Assembly: GCA_964387325.1 (NCBI GenBank)
Contig: CAYLYE010000002.1
Coordinates: forward strand, 17,911 to 81,910
Reading direction: 5' to 3'
From: an uncultured Planctomycetaceae bacterium
GTDB taxonomy: Bacteria; Planctomycetota; Planctomycetia; Pirellulales; PNKZ01
DNA length: 64,000 nt
The translations under genes were made by a program, and so were the position numbers. Shown here one piece after another: positions 51,633 through 61,161 of this stretch. Position 1 is the stretch's first letter, and every line of letters starts with the position of its first letter. The notes below the pieces were generated by a model. It saw only the letters and a list, made by a program, of their open reading frames with translations. It had not been told where the DNA came from and did not search any database.

Positions 51633-52967
51633 CTATTTGCCCGTCAATTTATCGAGCAAACGGCCGAACCAGCCCTTGCTGGGGCCGGTATCTTCCGCAG
51701 GGTTGGTGGCGGTCGCGGCACTTGCCACATTGGCCACCGGAGCCGCTTTGACCGGCATGAGAATCGGAGCAGTCCCCTCCAAGTCGGTCAGCAACTCTTC
51801 GAGCGATTGATACCGTTCCTCGGGCTTTTTCGCCATCATCCGCAAATAGATTTGTTCGAGACGGATAGGCATGTCGTTGCGTAGCTCGCTTAGCAACGGG
51901 ATCGGCGCCGACTGGTGCGCCATGAGCTTGTCGAGGGGCTTTTTCGAGACATACGGCGGCCGACCCGTGAGCAGATAGAACAGCGTGCAGCCCATGCTGT
52001 AAATATCGCTGCGGCCGTCGGCTTTGCGGGCGTCGAGCGCCTGCTCGGGAGGCAGAAAGTCGAAGCTTCCCATTTGTTCGCCGGCCGTCGTGAGTTGCAC
52101 GTCGTCGTTCTGTTGCAAAGGCGAACTGTCGCCGATCTTGGCCATCAGCAGATTCGTGACCCGCACGCGCCCTTGCACGTCAAGCAACAACACGTGCGGC
52201 TTAAGGTTGCGATGGTACACGCCATGCTTATGCAACTGGCTCATGCCGTAGGCCACTTGCGTGATGTACTCTTGGGCCTGCTCGGGCGAGAGTGGTCCCT
52301 GCTGCGCGACGAGGGTCGCGAGATCGCTCCCCAACACGTACTCCATGATCAAATACGGTCCGCCGGCAAACTCGCCTCGATCGTAACCCACGATCACGTT
52401 CGGATGAGACAGAGACAGTGTCGTGAGCAATTCAATCTCACGCTCGAACCGTTTGCGCACCTCATCGATCTTGACCGACTCGGGGGGCAAATTCTTGAGA
52501 TAGAAAAAACGTCCAATCTTGACGTTTTGAACTTTGTAGACATTGCCGAGCTTGCTAGCGCTCACTCGATCGAGCACCTTGTAGGGGCCAATCATGGTCC
52601 CGTGGCCAATCGATTGCGGCGAGGGCTTGATGCTCTCGGGCAGTTTAATGTCCAGGTTTGCCGAACTGTCGACGTCGACGCCCGGCGCGGCCGACTTGAG
52701 TACGACGTCATACGAAGCTTTGCGACGCGCGTCGAGCAGCAACTTGCGACAAGCGGCCAATTCCTGAATGACTTGTTTCGCATCGGCCGCCAAGGGACCT
52801 GTCAGATGCGGTTGAACTTTTGCGGCTTGAGCACGTGCGGCGGCGTCGATTTTAGCGCCATCTACCTCGTACAGCGGGAGGTTCAAAAAGCGATAAAGAT
52901 TTGCTGGCTGCTCACTGGCTGGGATACCCAACCAGGTTTCATAAGGATCGAAACTCGACATCGGCAC
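51633..52967 (-). CDS. Ser/Thr-kinase-fold protein with degenerate catalytic motifs (predicted pseudokinase) and degenerate J-like N-terminus
   Basis: 444 aa. N-terminus 'DPYETWLGIPASEQPANLYRFLNL' (no HPD). Kinase fold retained ('LKNL', 'FEREIELLTTLSLSHPNVIV', 'PPEQ', 'DIYSMGCTLFYLLTG'). However HRD reads HRN (Asn codon 52208-52206), the catalytic-loop Asn reads Val, DFG reads NLL (52154-52146), and the Gly loop reads SASKLG. Confidence 0.85.
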   Translation of the reverse strand: MPMSSFDPYETWLGIPASEQPANLYRFLNLPLYEVDGAKIDAAARAQAAKVQPHLTGPLAADAKQVIQELAACRKLLLDARRKASYDVVLKSAAPGVDVDSSANLDIKLPESIKPSPQSIGHGTMIGPYKVLDRVSASKLGNVYKVQNVKIGRFFYLKNLPPESVKIDEVRKRFEREIELLTTLSLSHPNVIVGYDRGEFAGGPYLIMEYVLGSDLATLVAQQGPLSPEQAQEYITQVAYGMSQLHKHGVYHRNLKPHVLLLDVQGRVRVTNLLMAKIGDSSPLQQNDDVQLTTAGEQMGSFDFLPPEQALDARKADGRSDIYSMGCTLFYLLTGRPPYVSKKPLDKLMAHQSAPIPLLSELRNDMPIRLEQIYLRMMAKKPEERYQSLEELLTDLEGTAPILMPVKAAPVANVASAATATNPAEDTGPSKGWFGRLLDKLTGK

Positions 52968-53108
52968 ACCGCTCCCAATCGGTTACTCAAATGGTCAACC
53001 TCTATAGCCTAGCCACCCAAACGCCCCCTGCACAGTAGGGGGGCTCATTCCGCTCACATCTGGAGAAATCGAGCAAGGTACAGAGGGAGAGCCCATTCGA
53101 GGGCGTGC

Positions 53109-53684
53109 TCAAGCCAGCGGATCGCTAAACGGGTCGATTCCGATCGTTTCGACGCTTTGCGACAAGGGATCCGACGATTGATTTGCCCTCGGAGTGGTTC
53201 CGCTGGGGCGAACGATAACCGTCATGCCACGGACTTCGACGATCCGGACAGGCGTCCCGGGCTCGATCGGCAAACCTTCGCTCAGGGCGTCGATCGTGCG
53301 GTCCTCGACCAGCACCGCGCCACTGGGCATCATCAGGCTCTTGGCGACGCCCGATTTACCAACGAGTTGGCGCAGTTCGCGTCGCAACGGGGAGTCGGGG
53401 AGCAGTTCTGACGATTCCGGATTGCGCAACAGCACACGACGCCCAAGAGGCGTATGAGGCCACCAACGCACGCCGACCATCAGACACAGCGGGACGACGA
53501 TCACCACGCCGGCCATGAACCCCAGCCCGGTCCAACGATCGACCATAAACGCCAACACGATCGAGGCACCAAGGCAGCCGAGAGCCGAAACACCCAGCAC
53601 GCCACCCGACGGCACAAAGAACTCGAGCACCGCGAAGGTCAAGCCGGCCAGAAACAGGATGATCGCCCAGTAAAGCAAATCCAT
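53109..53684 (-). CDS. NfeD-family membrane protein (short form: TM helices + C-terminal OB domain)
   Basis: 191 aa. Three hydrophobic helices, then 'LVGKSGVAKSLMMPSGAVLVEDRTIDALSEGLPIEPGTPVRIVEVRGMTVIV', the NfeD OB-fold pattern. Confidence 0.8.
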   Translation of the reverse strand: MDLLYWAIILFLAGLTFAVLEFFVPSGGVLGVSALGCLGASIVLAFMVDRWTGLGFMAGVVIVVPLCLMVGVRWWPHTPLGRRVLLRNPESSELLPDSPLRRELRQLVGKSGVAKSLMMPSGAVLVEDRTIDALSEGLPIEPGTPVRIVEVRGMTVIVRPSGTTPRANQSSDPLSQSVETIGIDPFSDPLA

Positions 53685-53754
53685 GATGACAATCGAATAA
53701 CGGATCGGGAATCAGACTCAAATTGACTCGATCGGCAGCTTGATGAGCGTCTCG

Positions 53755-55947
53755 TTAGACCAGTTTCTTGACCAGTACGCGAGCACCGGTTGTCTTAATC
53801 ACTTCGATCCGCTCTCCACGATCAACATACTCACCACTCGCCAAGCTGACATCGACCAATTCCTCATCAAAGCGGGCTTTGCCACTGGGCACCAGAGGCG
53901 TGATCGCGATCCCCGTGCGTCCCAGCAGGTGCTCGAATGAGGCGAGCGATTCGCGGCGTGACTGCTGATCGAGTTCAGCGCCCGACGGTGGCGCGAGCAC
54001 CATACGACCCAATCCTGGGGTGCGAGGCAATAGACGATTCATGAGCACCGCGGCCATGACCGTCGCAGCGATGATGCCAGTGAGAATCACGAGCGTGTCG
54101 CGCAAATGAGCCATCTGATATTCGTTATGCGGCCAGACAAATGTCTGGCTGGCCAAAATAAGCGAGGCTAAGACGAGCAAGCCGCCACTGAGGCCGAAGA
54201 TCGTGAGCCCCGGTACGACGAATACTTCGAGCAGAATGAGCACCACGCCGGTGATAAACAACAGCACCTCAAGCCAACCGGCGGTGCCGTTGAGAAACTG
54301 CGACCAAAAGTAAAGCACGAAGCAAATCGTTCCGGCGATGCCACCAATGCTGATGCCCGGTGACTGAAGTTCAATGTAGAACGCAGCCAACCCGATGAAC
54401 AACAGTGCCCAGCTAACTCCCGGCATGTTCAAGGCATCGATCAGATTACTGGCCCAGCCGGGCTGCACCAGCCGCGGGCTATTTTGCAGGGCATACACGG
54501 TCTTGAAGTCGGCAAAGCCGTCCACGATGTGGCTGGCGAGCCCGAGCGTCTCAGCGCGTCGACCGTCGAGTTGCAACAGTTCGCCGGGGCGTTTGACCTC
54601 GATATCTTGGCGCCAAGCAGCAGCGTCGGCGCGCTGGGCGAACTGGGCCGCGGTAAAGAAGTCGAATAAGCCATCTTCAAGCCGCACGTACCGCGACACG
54701 CCGGGCTCGCGATCGATCAGCGCCGTAAGGAGCCCCGCGGGACGCAGCTTATCACGTGATAAACGTTGCAGACCTTGGCGCAACAACTGCAGATCATCAT
54801 CGCTCAACTCGGCTGCTCCGGCGCCCCCCAATACCGATGAGGGGAGCACGACCAACTCATCACAAGCCAAGGCTGGGAGCATCGCGTCGCCTCGCGCCTC
54901 GCCGGCGATATAGGCAACCGTACGACACTGACGCGGATCGCGACGCGCGAGGTCGTCGGCCAACGACTTACTCGCGGCCCAATCGCCGCCGGGGCTATCG
55001 ATCCACAGACAGATGAAATTCACGCCGGCATCACGAATCTGAGTATCCACCAGCTTCTGGATTTTCTCGACCTTGCCGGGCGTCACCACACCGGTCAACT
55101 CGACCATTGCGGCGACCCAACCTTGCTCTTGAGTGGGTGCGTCGACGACCGCTTCTCGCGGCAGACGCCAAGTTTTTGCGATCTCGCTACGGTCGTCGGC
55201 TAACAACCCGACCACGTCCCACTCGCGTAGTTGCCGCGCGGTGAAGAGCCCCGGTGCGCCCGCTGCTTTAATAACCTTTGTCGAGCGGACTGCCTTTTGG
55301 AGTTGCAGTTGTTCGAGATCGCCACGGAGCACAAACTCGCGGCTCCGCTCGGTCTCGACCAACAACACCTCGGCGTCGCGATTGATCATCCCTAGAGCCA
55401 GCGCTTCGGGGACGGTGAGCCGACGCTTGGCGATCTCGGCATAGCTGCTGCGGAGCCCCTGATCGATGACGGGTTCCAACTTGCCAGCGTCTCCCAACTC
55501 AGCGTCGCGCCCCATCACAATCTCGTCACAGGCGAGTGCGAGCAGCACACCGTGCCCTGTGATGCTCTTGGGGACGTAGGCAATGGTCGTCGCGCCGGTA
55601 AGCGTCGGACTCGACAGAAACCTTGCTAGATCGATAGCATCGCCGAACGGGACCGGACCGGGCTCGATCTCCAGAATAAACACGGGCCACGCCCCGCGCT
55701 GCTTGGCGAGCACAGTGGTCTCGCTGATCGCGCGGCGGACGCCTTGCTCGGTGCGATTACCCAACGGCGGTGTGAGTCGAATGAGCCGTCCGAGCCGTTT
55801 CTGCTCGACGTCAGGAGCCCGTTTCGGTGCCACATCTTGAGCGACAATCGGCCAGCCCATGCTCAGCCAAGCGAACATCAGCAGTGTGAACAACACAGGC
55901 CAACTTTTGTCCGTAGGCAATCGACTCATGTTTTGCGACCGGTCCAT
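53755..55947 (-). CDS. NfeD-family long form: two ClpP/SppA-like domains + TM region + C-terminal OB domain
   Basis: 730 aa (alternative start Met7 at 55929). 'FICLWIDSPGGDW' (ClpP-class oxyanion region), 4-5 TM helices and the C-terminal 'LLGRTGIAITPLVPSGKARFDEELVDVSLASGEYVDRGERIEVIKTTGARVLV'. Confidence 0.8.
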   Translation of the reverse strand: MDRSQNMSRLPTDKSWPVLFTLLMFAWLSMGWPIVAQDVAPKRAPDVEQKRLGRLIRLTPPLGNRTEQGVRRAISETTVLAKQRGAWPVFILEIEPGPVPFGDAIDLARFLSSPTLTGATTIAYVPKSITGHGVLLALACDEIVMGRDAELGDAGKLEPVIDQGLRSSYAEIAKRRLTVPEALALGMINRDAEVLLVETERSREFVLRGDLEQLQLQKAVRSTKVIKAAGAPGLFTARQLREWDVVGLLADDRSEIAKTWRLPREAVVDAPTQEQGWVAAMVELTGVVTPGKVEKIQKLVDTQIRDAGVNFICLWIDSPGGDWAASKSLADDLARRDPRQCRTVAYIAGEARGDAMLPALACDELVVLPSSVLGGAGAAELSDDDLQLLRQGLQRLSRDKLRPAGLLTALIDREPGVSRYVRLEDGLFDFFTAAQFAQRADAAAWRQDIEVKRPGELLQLDGRRAETLGLASHIVDGFADFKTVYALQNSPRLVQPGWASNLIDALNMPGVSWALLFIGLAAFYIELQSPGISIGGIAGTICFVLYFWSQFLNGTAGWLEVLLFITGVVLILLEVFVVPGLTIFGLSGGLLVLASLILASQTFVWPHNEYQMAHLRDTLVILTGIIAATVMAAVLMNRLLPRTPGLGRMVLAPPSGAELDQQSRRESLASFEHLLGRTGIAITPLVPSGKARFDEELVDVSLASGEYVDRGERIEVIKTTGARVLVKKLV

Positions 55948-56160
55948 AGCGAGGTCGCTCCCTTGCCCGCCCTGATGAATGATTTCGTGCAGAATTATAG
56001 GCCGCAGCGATCAAGCGTCAAATTCGACTCGTCACGGTTGTAGCGATAAGTCGAGGCGAGAAGCCATGATACGCGATAAGTAATCCACTCGCGCTCATAA
56101 AAGTCGAATGAACGTAGATCGCGCAGAGGTAAAGGCAGAGCCCTGCAAAGCCTGGGGGCA

Positions 56161-56703
56161 CTAGGCAGGTATCTCGAAGAGCGATTGGCTCTTCACGATC
56201 GCATAATCGTCGGGGAACGTGTGAAAGACCTGCACGAGCAGGCTACGATTACGACTCTCGACATTGATATAGCTGAGCGCGCCGAGCGCCATGCGGCCGC
56301 TCGACGAGAACTGGTGCAACATGCCTTGCCGTTGCCCATCGTGGGCCAACTCTTGCTGGAACGTCCAAAAGACCTCGGGCGCGGTGGGCTCAAGTTGGAA
56401 GTTGGTGCGGTACGACACGCCGCCGCGCAGCGTCATGTGATCGCTCCGCTCCCCCTTGAGCTTGTAGTTGAGCAACCGCCGTTTTTGTGGCAAGGCATGC
56501 TGGGCCGATACGCACACCTCGCTGAGCGTCATCGACTGATAACGCCACGTCACCACATGCCCCGCGCTGGTGATATCGATCTTCGCCTGATAATCGCCCC
56601 GCTGCACGACACGGCTGGAAAGCACCTCGAATAGTTCCGGGTGCAGCGTGCGGCCGTATAGTTGAAACACCAACTCGGCAACTTTCGGGCGAACGGTAAT
56701 CAC
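56161..56703 (-). CDS. DUF2617-like hypothetical protein
   Basis: 180 aa. The N-terminal 'RPKVAELVFQLYGRTLHPELFE' matches my recollection of the DUF2617 signature. The family assignment is from memory only. Confidence 0.5.
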   Translation of the reverse strand: MITVRPKVAELVFQLYGRTLHPELFEVLSSRVVQRGDYQAKIDITSAGHVVTWRYQSMTLSEVCVSAQHALPQKRRLLNYKLKGERSDHMTLRGGVSYRTNFQLEPTAPEVFWTFQQELAHDGQRQGMLHQFSSSGRMALGALSYINVESRNRSLLVQVFHTFPDDYAIVKSQSLFEIPA

Positions 56704-56915
56704 AGGCGGAGACTCTCAACAGGCAGATGGATTCCACTCGGCGATGCTGCGTGCCAAAGGGCTCAACGAGCCAGGGTCATCACGCGACCTCTACCTCGCA
56801 TTATAGGCAACATCTTTTTTCGGCGCAAAGGGAGCTTGGAGAACTTCCTGAACTACGCTCAAATTCCTCTTGACATTCGTGCAAAAACTGCACCTCAAAC
56901 TTTTTTTGACCGAGA

Positions 56916-57716
56916 GTGAGCGATCTACCGATGTTCTCCCGTTGTCGAATCGTTGATCTCAGCGTACCGCTGGCCCATGAGTCCCCGAGTGAGCCGATGC
57001 CGGCGTCGATCCGGTACATCGATCATGCCGGCGAAGGCTTGCAGCAAATGAAGCTATTCTTCGGCGTCGAGGAAAAAGATTTGGTCTACTCACAAGGGCA
57101 GGGGTGGGCCATCGAGGAGATTCAGGCCATCACCCACACCGGCACCCATGTCGACGCCCCGTATCACTACGCGGCAACGAGCGCAGGGCGACCCGCTCGA
57201 CGCATTGACGAAGTGCCACTCGAATGGTGCTTTGCTCCCGGCGTGGTGCTCGATGTGCGCCACATTGCGGCCGGCGAATTCATCACGATCGACGACCTGC
57301 GCGCGGCGCTCGACCGTAGCGAGCACGTGCTTCAGCCGCTCGATATCGTGCTGCTGCAGACCGGGTCCGACGCGAGGCTCGACACCGCCGAGTATTTTGC
57401 CCAACCAGGCCTGGGTCGCGAGGGGACGCTGTGGTTGGTCGAACAAGGCGTGCGGGTCATTGGCATCGATGCCTACACGCTCGACCGACCGTTTGCGAAC
57501 ATGGTCGCCGACTTCCGTCGCACCGGGGATGGCCGTTACATCTGGCCAGCCCACTTCGCCGGCATCGAACGGGAGTATTGCCAGATCGAAAAGCTTGCGA
57601 ACCTCGACAAGTTGCCGCGCAGCGGCTTTCAGGTCTCATGTTTGCCTGTGAAGATCGAGAAGGCGAGCGCGGCTTGGTGTCGGGCCGTGGCGCTCGTGCC
57701 AGCCGACGACCCTTAA
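56916..57716 (+). CDS. cyclase-family protein (kynurenine formamidase-like)
   Basis: 266 aa, GTG start (alternative ATG 56931). 'ITHTGTHVDAPYHY' metal-binding motif, 'VIGIDAYTLD' and 'HFAGIEREYCQIEKLANLD'. Confidence 0.85.
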   Translation: MSDLPMFSRCRIVDLSVPLAHESPSEPMPASIRYIDHAGEGLQQMKLFFGVEEKDLVYSQGQGWAIEEIQAITHTGTHVDAPYHYAATSAGRPARRIDEVPLEWCFAPGVVLDVRHIAAGEFITIDDLRAALDRSEHVLQPLDIVLLQTGSDARLDTAEYFAQPGLGREGTLWLVEQGVRVIGIDAYTLDRPFANMVADFRRTGDGRYIWPAHFAGIEREYCQIEKLANLDKLPRSGFQVSCLPVKIEKASAAWCRAVALVPADDP

Positions 57717-58609
57717 ATACCCGGAGCGCGGTCCGGATAAATGACCAACTCGACGCGGTTGTTCCGCTGCTTGCCGGCCGGCGTACCGTTCGAGACCACC
57801 GGATGATTCGTGCCATGCCCGACTACGAACAAATGATGCGGCGGAATGCGTCCGCGCGTCTGTAATTGATCGTACACCGCCATAGCCCGGCCGATCGAGA
57901 GATGCTGATTGCTCGACCAGTGTCCCGGTGGCACCGGGTCGCTGTCGGTATGTCCTTCGACGCCGATCATTTGCGTGGGGTAGCTGCGCATGACCTCGGC
58001 CGCGACAGCGTCGATCGTGGCGATCGCTTGCGGCGAGAGCCGTGCCGTGCCGGGGTCAAACAGTCGCGAACCGGGCAACTCGATCCGCAGCACATCTCCG
58101 TCGACGCGCGTCTCGACCCCAGGAATATTGATTTTCGAGAGATTCGTTTGCAGGCTGTTGTTGGCCGTGATCGATGCACCGGCGCGTCGGTTGAGCGAGG
58201 CCGTCAGCGCCTCGGCGCGACGTGTGGTGTCTTGGGTCTCGGCTCGCATTTGAGCTGCCGACTGCGTGGCAACGCGCAATTGCTCGCGCATCGCCCCCAC
58301 CTGATCTTGCAGCACGCGAGTTTCTTGCCGCGACTGGGCCAGCATCCGTTCGAGTTCTTGATTATCGGTGTCCAACGATGACGCCCGAGTCTGCAACTCC
58401 TGGCTGCGTTGGTAGAGCCCCGCGACGGGGTTGGCCGGAGGAGCACCTGGCATCGCGCCAGCTTGAGCCACGGCCGGCGGCTGTTGATAGCCGCTCATCC
58501 GTTGCTGCCACGAGGTCAACAAGCCGGGCTGACCATTTTGCGCAGCGCAGCCCACGAGCGACGCCGCGAGCAGCAGCCAGAGCCAGCGTATTGAGCCGGT
58601 CCACGGCAT
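57713..58609 (-). CDS. OmpA/MotB-domain lipoprotein with coiled-coil region
   Basis: 298 aa. Lipobox 'LLLAASLVGC'. Gln-rich coiled coil. C-terminal 'GHTDSDPV', 'SNQHLSIGRAMAVYDQL' and 'NNRVELVIY' (OmpA_C-like). Confidence 0.85.
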   Translation of the reverse strand: MPWTGSIRWLWLLLAASLVGCAAQNGQPGLLTSWQQRMSGYQQPPAVAQAGAMPGAPPANPVAGLYQRSQELQTRASSLDTDNQELERMLAQSRQETRVLQDQVGAMREQLRVATQSAAQMRAETQDTTRRAEALTASLNRRAGASITANNSLQTNLSKINIPGVETRVDGDVLRIELPGSRLFDPGTARLSPQAIATIDAVAAEVMRSYPTQMIGVEGHTDSDPVPPGHWSSNQHLSIGRAMAVYDQLQTRGRIPPHHLFVVGHGTNHPVVSNGTPAGKQRNNRVELVIYPDRAPGI

Positions 58610-58801
58610 GGACCCACGCTCCCAAAGGGCCGAGAAAAATGAATCGCAATCGCCACCTTTCGAGGTGGGGCCGGGATGGTAGCAATCGGCTCACATTGCA
58701 GCAAGGGCAGTTGAACTCGCGGCCCCCCTTTTGAACGCCGCACTCCTATTTGTGCTATCATCACTGGCAGCGGTAACGTCGTTCATATCTCTAATCGTTG
58801 C

Positions 58802-59986
58802 ATGTCCATTTCATCTCGCATGGCTCGCTTTCGTCGAGTGCCGCTGGCGTGGCTCAATCTGACGCATCAACCTCGTCAGCTCGCGGCCGCAGCCGGCGGT
58901 GTGGGTTTCGCGGTGCTGCTCATGTTCATGCAACTCGGGTTTCGTGGCGCGCTTATCGAAGCCACGCTGCAATTGCCCCGACTGCTCAATGCCGATTTGG
59001 TGATGAGCAGCCCGGCCAAGAACACCCTCTCAAACAAGGAAACCTTCTCGCGCCGCCGATTGATTGCCGCCCGCGATTGCCCGGGGGTCGCCGCGACATG
59101 GCCGTTTTACATGCTGATGCTGCGCGGCGAGTGGCGCAATCCGCAAACACACGAACTGCATCCGATCACCGTCTATGCGTTCGATCCACATGATCCGGTG
59201 CTCAAGATTCCCGAACTGCCGACATTGACTGAGACGCTGCTGCTCCCTGGCCGGATTCTCTTCGACCGCAAAGCCAAGCCCGAGTTTGGCAACCCGCGCC
59301 CCGGAACCGTCAGCCAACTCTCGGGCGAGCGTGTCGAGGTCGTCGGCAACTTTGACCTGGGAGCCGACTTTGTCAGCGACGGCAATATCCTGATGAGCGA
59401 CCAGAGCTATCGCGATATTTTTTTCCCTCCCGCCGCGCGTGCCACGGCGCTCGCGGGGGTCGACCTCGGGCTCATCAAGCTCGTAAGCGGCGCTGACCCC
59501 GGCGAGGTTCGTGACCGCTTGCGGCGCACGCTCGGCAATGACATTCAGATCCTCACCCGCAACGAATTCATCGCGCAGGAACAGGCCTTCTGGCAAACCG
59601 CGACTCCCGTCGGCTATATCTTCGGTTTTGGCACCGTGCTAGGATTCGTCGTGGGAGTGCTCATCTGTTATCAAGTCTTGTACTCCGACATTGCCAATCA
59701 TTTGAGCGAGTACGCCACGCTTAAAGCGCTGGGGTATCCGGCCGGGTTTTTTATGCGGATCGTGTTCGAGCAATCGTTGTGGCTCGCGGTGATCGGGTTT
59801 ATCCCCGGCACGCTCGCCGCCTTGGGATTGTACGGAACTCTGGCAATGCTCACGCACTTGCCGTTGCAAATGACCCTGGAGCGCAGCCTGTTTGTGCTGA
59901 CGCTGACCCTGGCCATGTGTGTCGTCTCGGGCGCGCTCTCCATTCGCCGTCTACTTCAGGCCGACCCGGCGGAGCTGTTCCGATGA
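58802..59986 (+). CDS. devC: DevC-type ABC exporter permease (FtsX/MacB-like)
   Basis: 394 aa. 'RRVPLAWLNLTHQPRQLAAAAGGVGFAVLLMFMQLGF' is the DevC N-terminal signature. A periplasmic MacB-like core and C-terminal FtsX helices follow ('YATLKALGY'). Confidence 0.85.
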   Translation: MSISSRMARFRRVPLAWLNLTHQPRQLAAAAGGVGFAVLLMFMQLGFRGALIEATLQLPRLLNADLVMSSPAKNTLSNKETFSRRRLIAARDCPGVAATWPFYMLMLRGEWRNPQTHELHPITVYAFDPHDPVLKIPELPTLTETLLLPGRILFDRKAKPEFGNPRPGTVSQLSGERVEVVGNFDLGADFVSDGNILMSDQSYRDIFFPPAARATALAGVDLGLIKLVSGADPGEVRDRLRRTLGNDIQILTRNEFIAQEQAFWQTATPVGYIFGFGTVLGFVVGVLICYQVLYSDIANHLSEYATLKALGYPAGFFMRIVFEQSLWLAVIGFIPGTLAALGLYGTLAMLTHLPLQMTLERSLFVLTLTLAMCVVSGALSIRRLLQADPAELFR

Positions 59987-61146
59987 ACCAGGACACACCC
60001 AGCCAAATGCTCCGCGCCAGCTCGCGGCTCGCCACCCGCGAGCTGCCTCGCGGCGCCGACGCGCTCAGTGTGCAGATCCAAGGTCTGCAACACTGGTATG
60101 GCAAAGGAGAACTCCGCAAACAGGCGCTGTTCGACAATCACTTGGAGCTGTCGCGCGGCGAGATCGTCATTATGACGGGCCCCTCGGGCTCGGGCAAAAC
60201 AACCTTGCTCACGCTCATCGGCGCACTCCGCGGCGTACAACAAGGACGATTGTCCGTGCTGGGGCGAGAGCTGTCGCAACTCAGCCCCAGGGAGCTTGTC
60301 GGGGTGCGACGTGATATCGGGTTTATCTTCCAAGCCCACAATCTGTTCGCCTCGCTGACGGCGCTGCAAAATGTCCGCATGGCGCTGGAGCTGCACGACG
60401 TTGCCCCGCAGCGCCGCGATGAACAGGCCGCCGAAATGCTCCGAGCCCTGGGACTTGAACAGCGATTGCATTACAAGCCGCAGTCACTCAGCGGCGGACA
60501 ACGACAGCGCGTCGCGATCGCTCGCGCCCTGGTTAACAAGCCGCAGATCGTCCTGGCCGACGAACCCACCGCGGCACTCGACAAGCAATCGGGCCGCGAC
60601 GTGGTCGAACTGCTCAAGACAATTGCCCGCATACAACGAGCCACGATCTTGATCGTGACGCACGACAATCGCATTCTCGACGTGGCCGACCGCATCGTGA
60701 ATATGGTCGACGGCCGCATTATTTCTGACGTTGTTGTGAGCTCTGCGGCTGTCGTATGCGACTTTCTCAGGCAATGTCGACTGTTTAAGAATCTCACGCC
60801 AGCGACGTTGAGCAGCGTGGCCGACAGTGTCGAGATCGAATCAGTCGACGCGGGGCAAGAGGTGGTCCGGCAAGGGGAGTCAGGCGATAAATTCTATATT
60901 ATCCGCCAAGGCCGCGCCGAAGTGCTGGTCCGCGACGACACGGGGCCCCGGCGCGTGGCAACGCTCGTCGAACGTGACTTCTTCGGCGAGGCGGCTTTGC
61001 TCACCGGTGAACCACGCAACGCCACGGTGCGGGCACTCGACAACCTCGATCTCTATGTGCTGGGCAAAGTTGAATTCCAACGCGCCATCGATAGCTGTGC
61101 GTCTTTTCACGACGAACTTCGACACGCGGTCTTTGAACGACAATAA
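59983..61146 (+). CDS. devA: DevA-type ABC ATPase fused to a C-terminal cyclic-nucleotide-binding (CAP_ED) domain
   Basis: The ORF track starts at 59779. ATG 59983 overlaps the devC stop (ATGA). 'LRKQALFDNHLELSRGEIVIMTGPSGSGKTTLLTLIGALR', 'LSGGQRQRVAIARAL' and 'LADEPTAALD' are DevA-like. The C-terminal ~125 aa, 'LFKNL....VRQGESGDKFYIIRQGRAEVL....FFGEAALLTGEPRNATVRA', form a cNMP-binding domain. Confidence 0.85.
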   Translation: MNQDTPSQMLRASSRLATRELPRGADALSVQIQGLQHWYGKGELRKQALFDNHLELSRGEIVIMTGPSGSGKTTLLTLIGALRGVQQGRLSVLGRELSQLSPRELVGVRRDIGFIFQAHNLFASLTALQNVRMALELHDVAPQRRDEQAAEMLRALGLEQRLHYKPQSLSGGQRQRVAIARALVNKPQIVLADEPTAALDKQSGRDVVELLKTIARIQRATILIVTHDNRILDVADRIVNMVDGRIISDVVVSSAAVVCDFLRQCRLFKNLTPATLSSVADSVEIESVDAGQEVVRQGESGDKFYIIRQGRAEVLVRDDTGPRRVATLVERDFFGEAALLTGEPRNATVRALDNLDLYVLGKVEFQRAIDSCASFHDELRHAVFERQ

Positions 61147-61161
61147 AGGAAACCGGGCCGT

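Noticed and set aside
58653-58668. CCACCT-TTCG-AGGTGG hairpin (UUCG tetraloop) in the ompA-like/devC divergent spacer.
   Set aside because: A 6-bp stem alone is expected by chance in GC-rich DNA, with no U-tract, no second copy and no positional argument. It is noted but not called.
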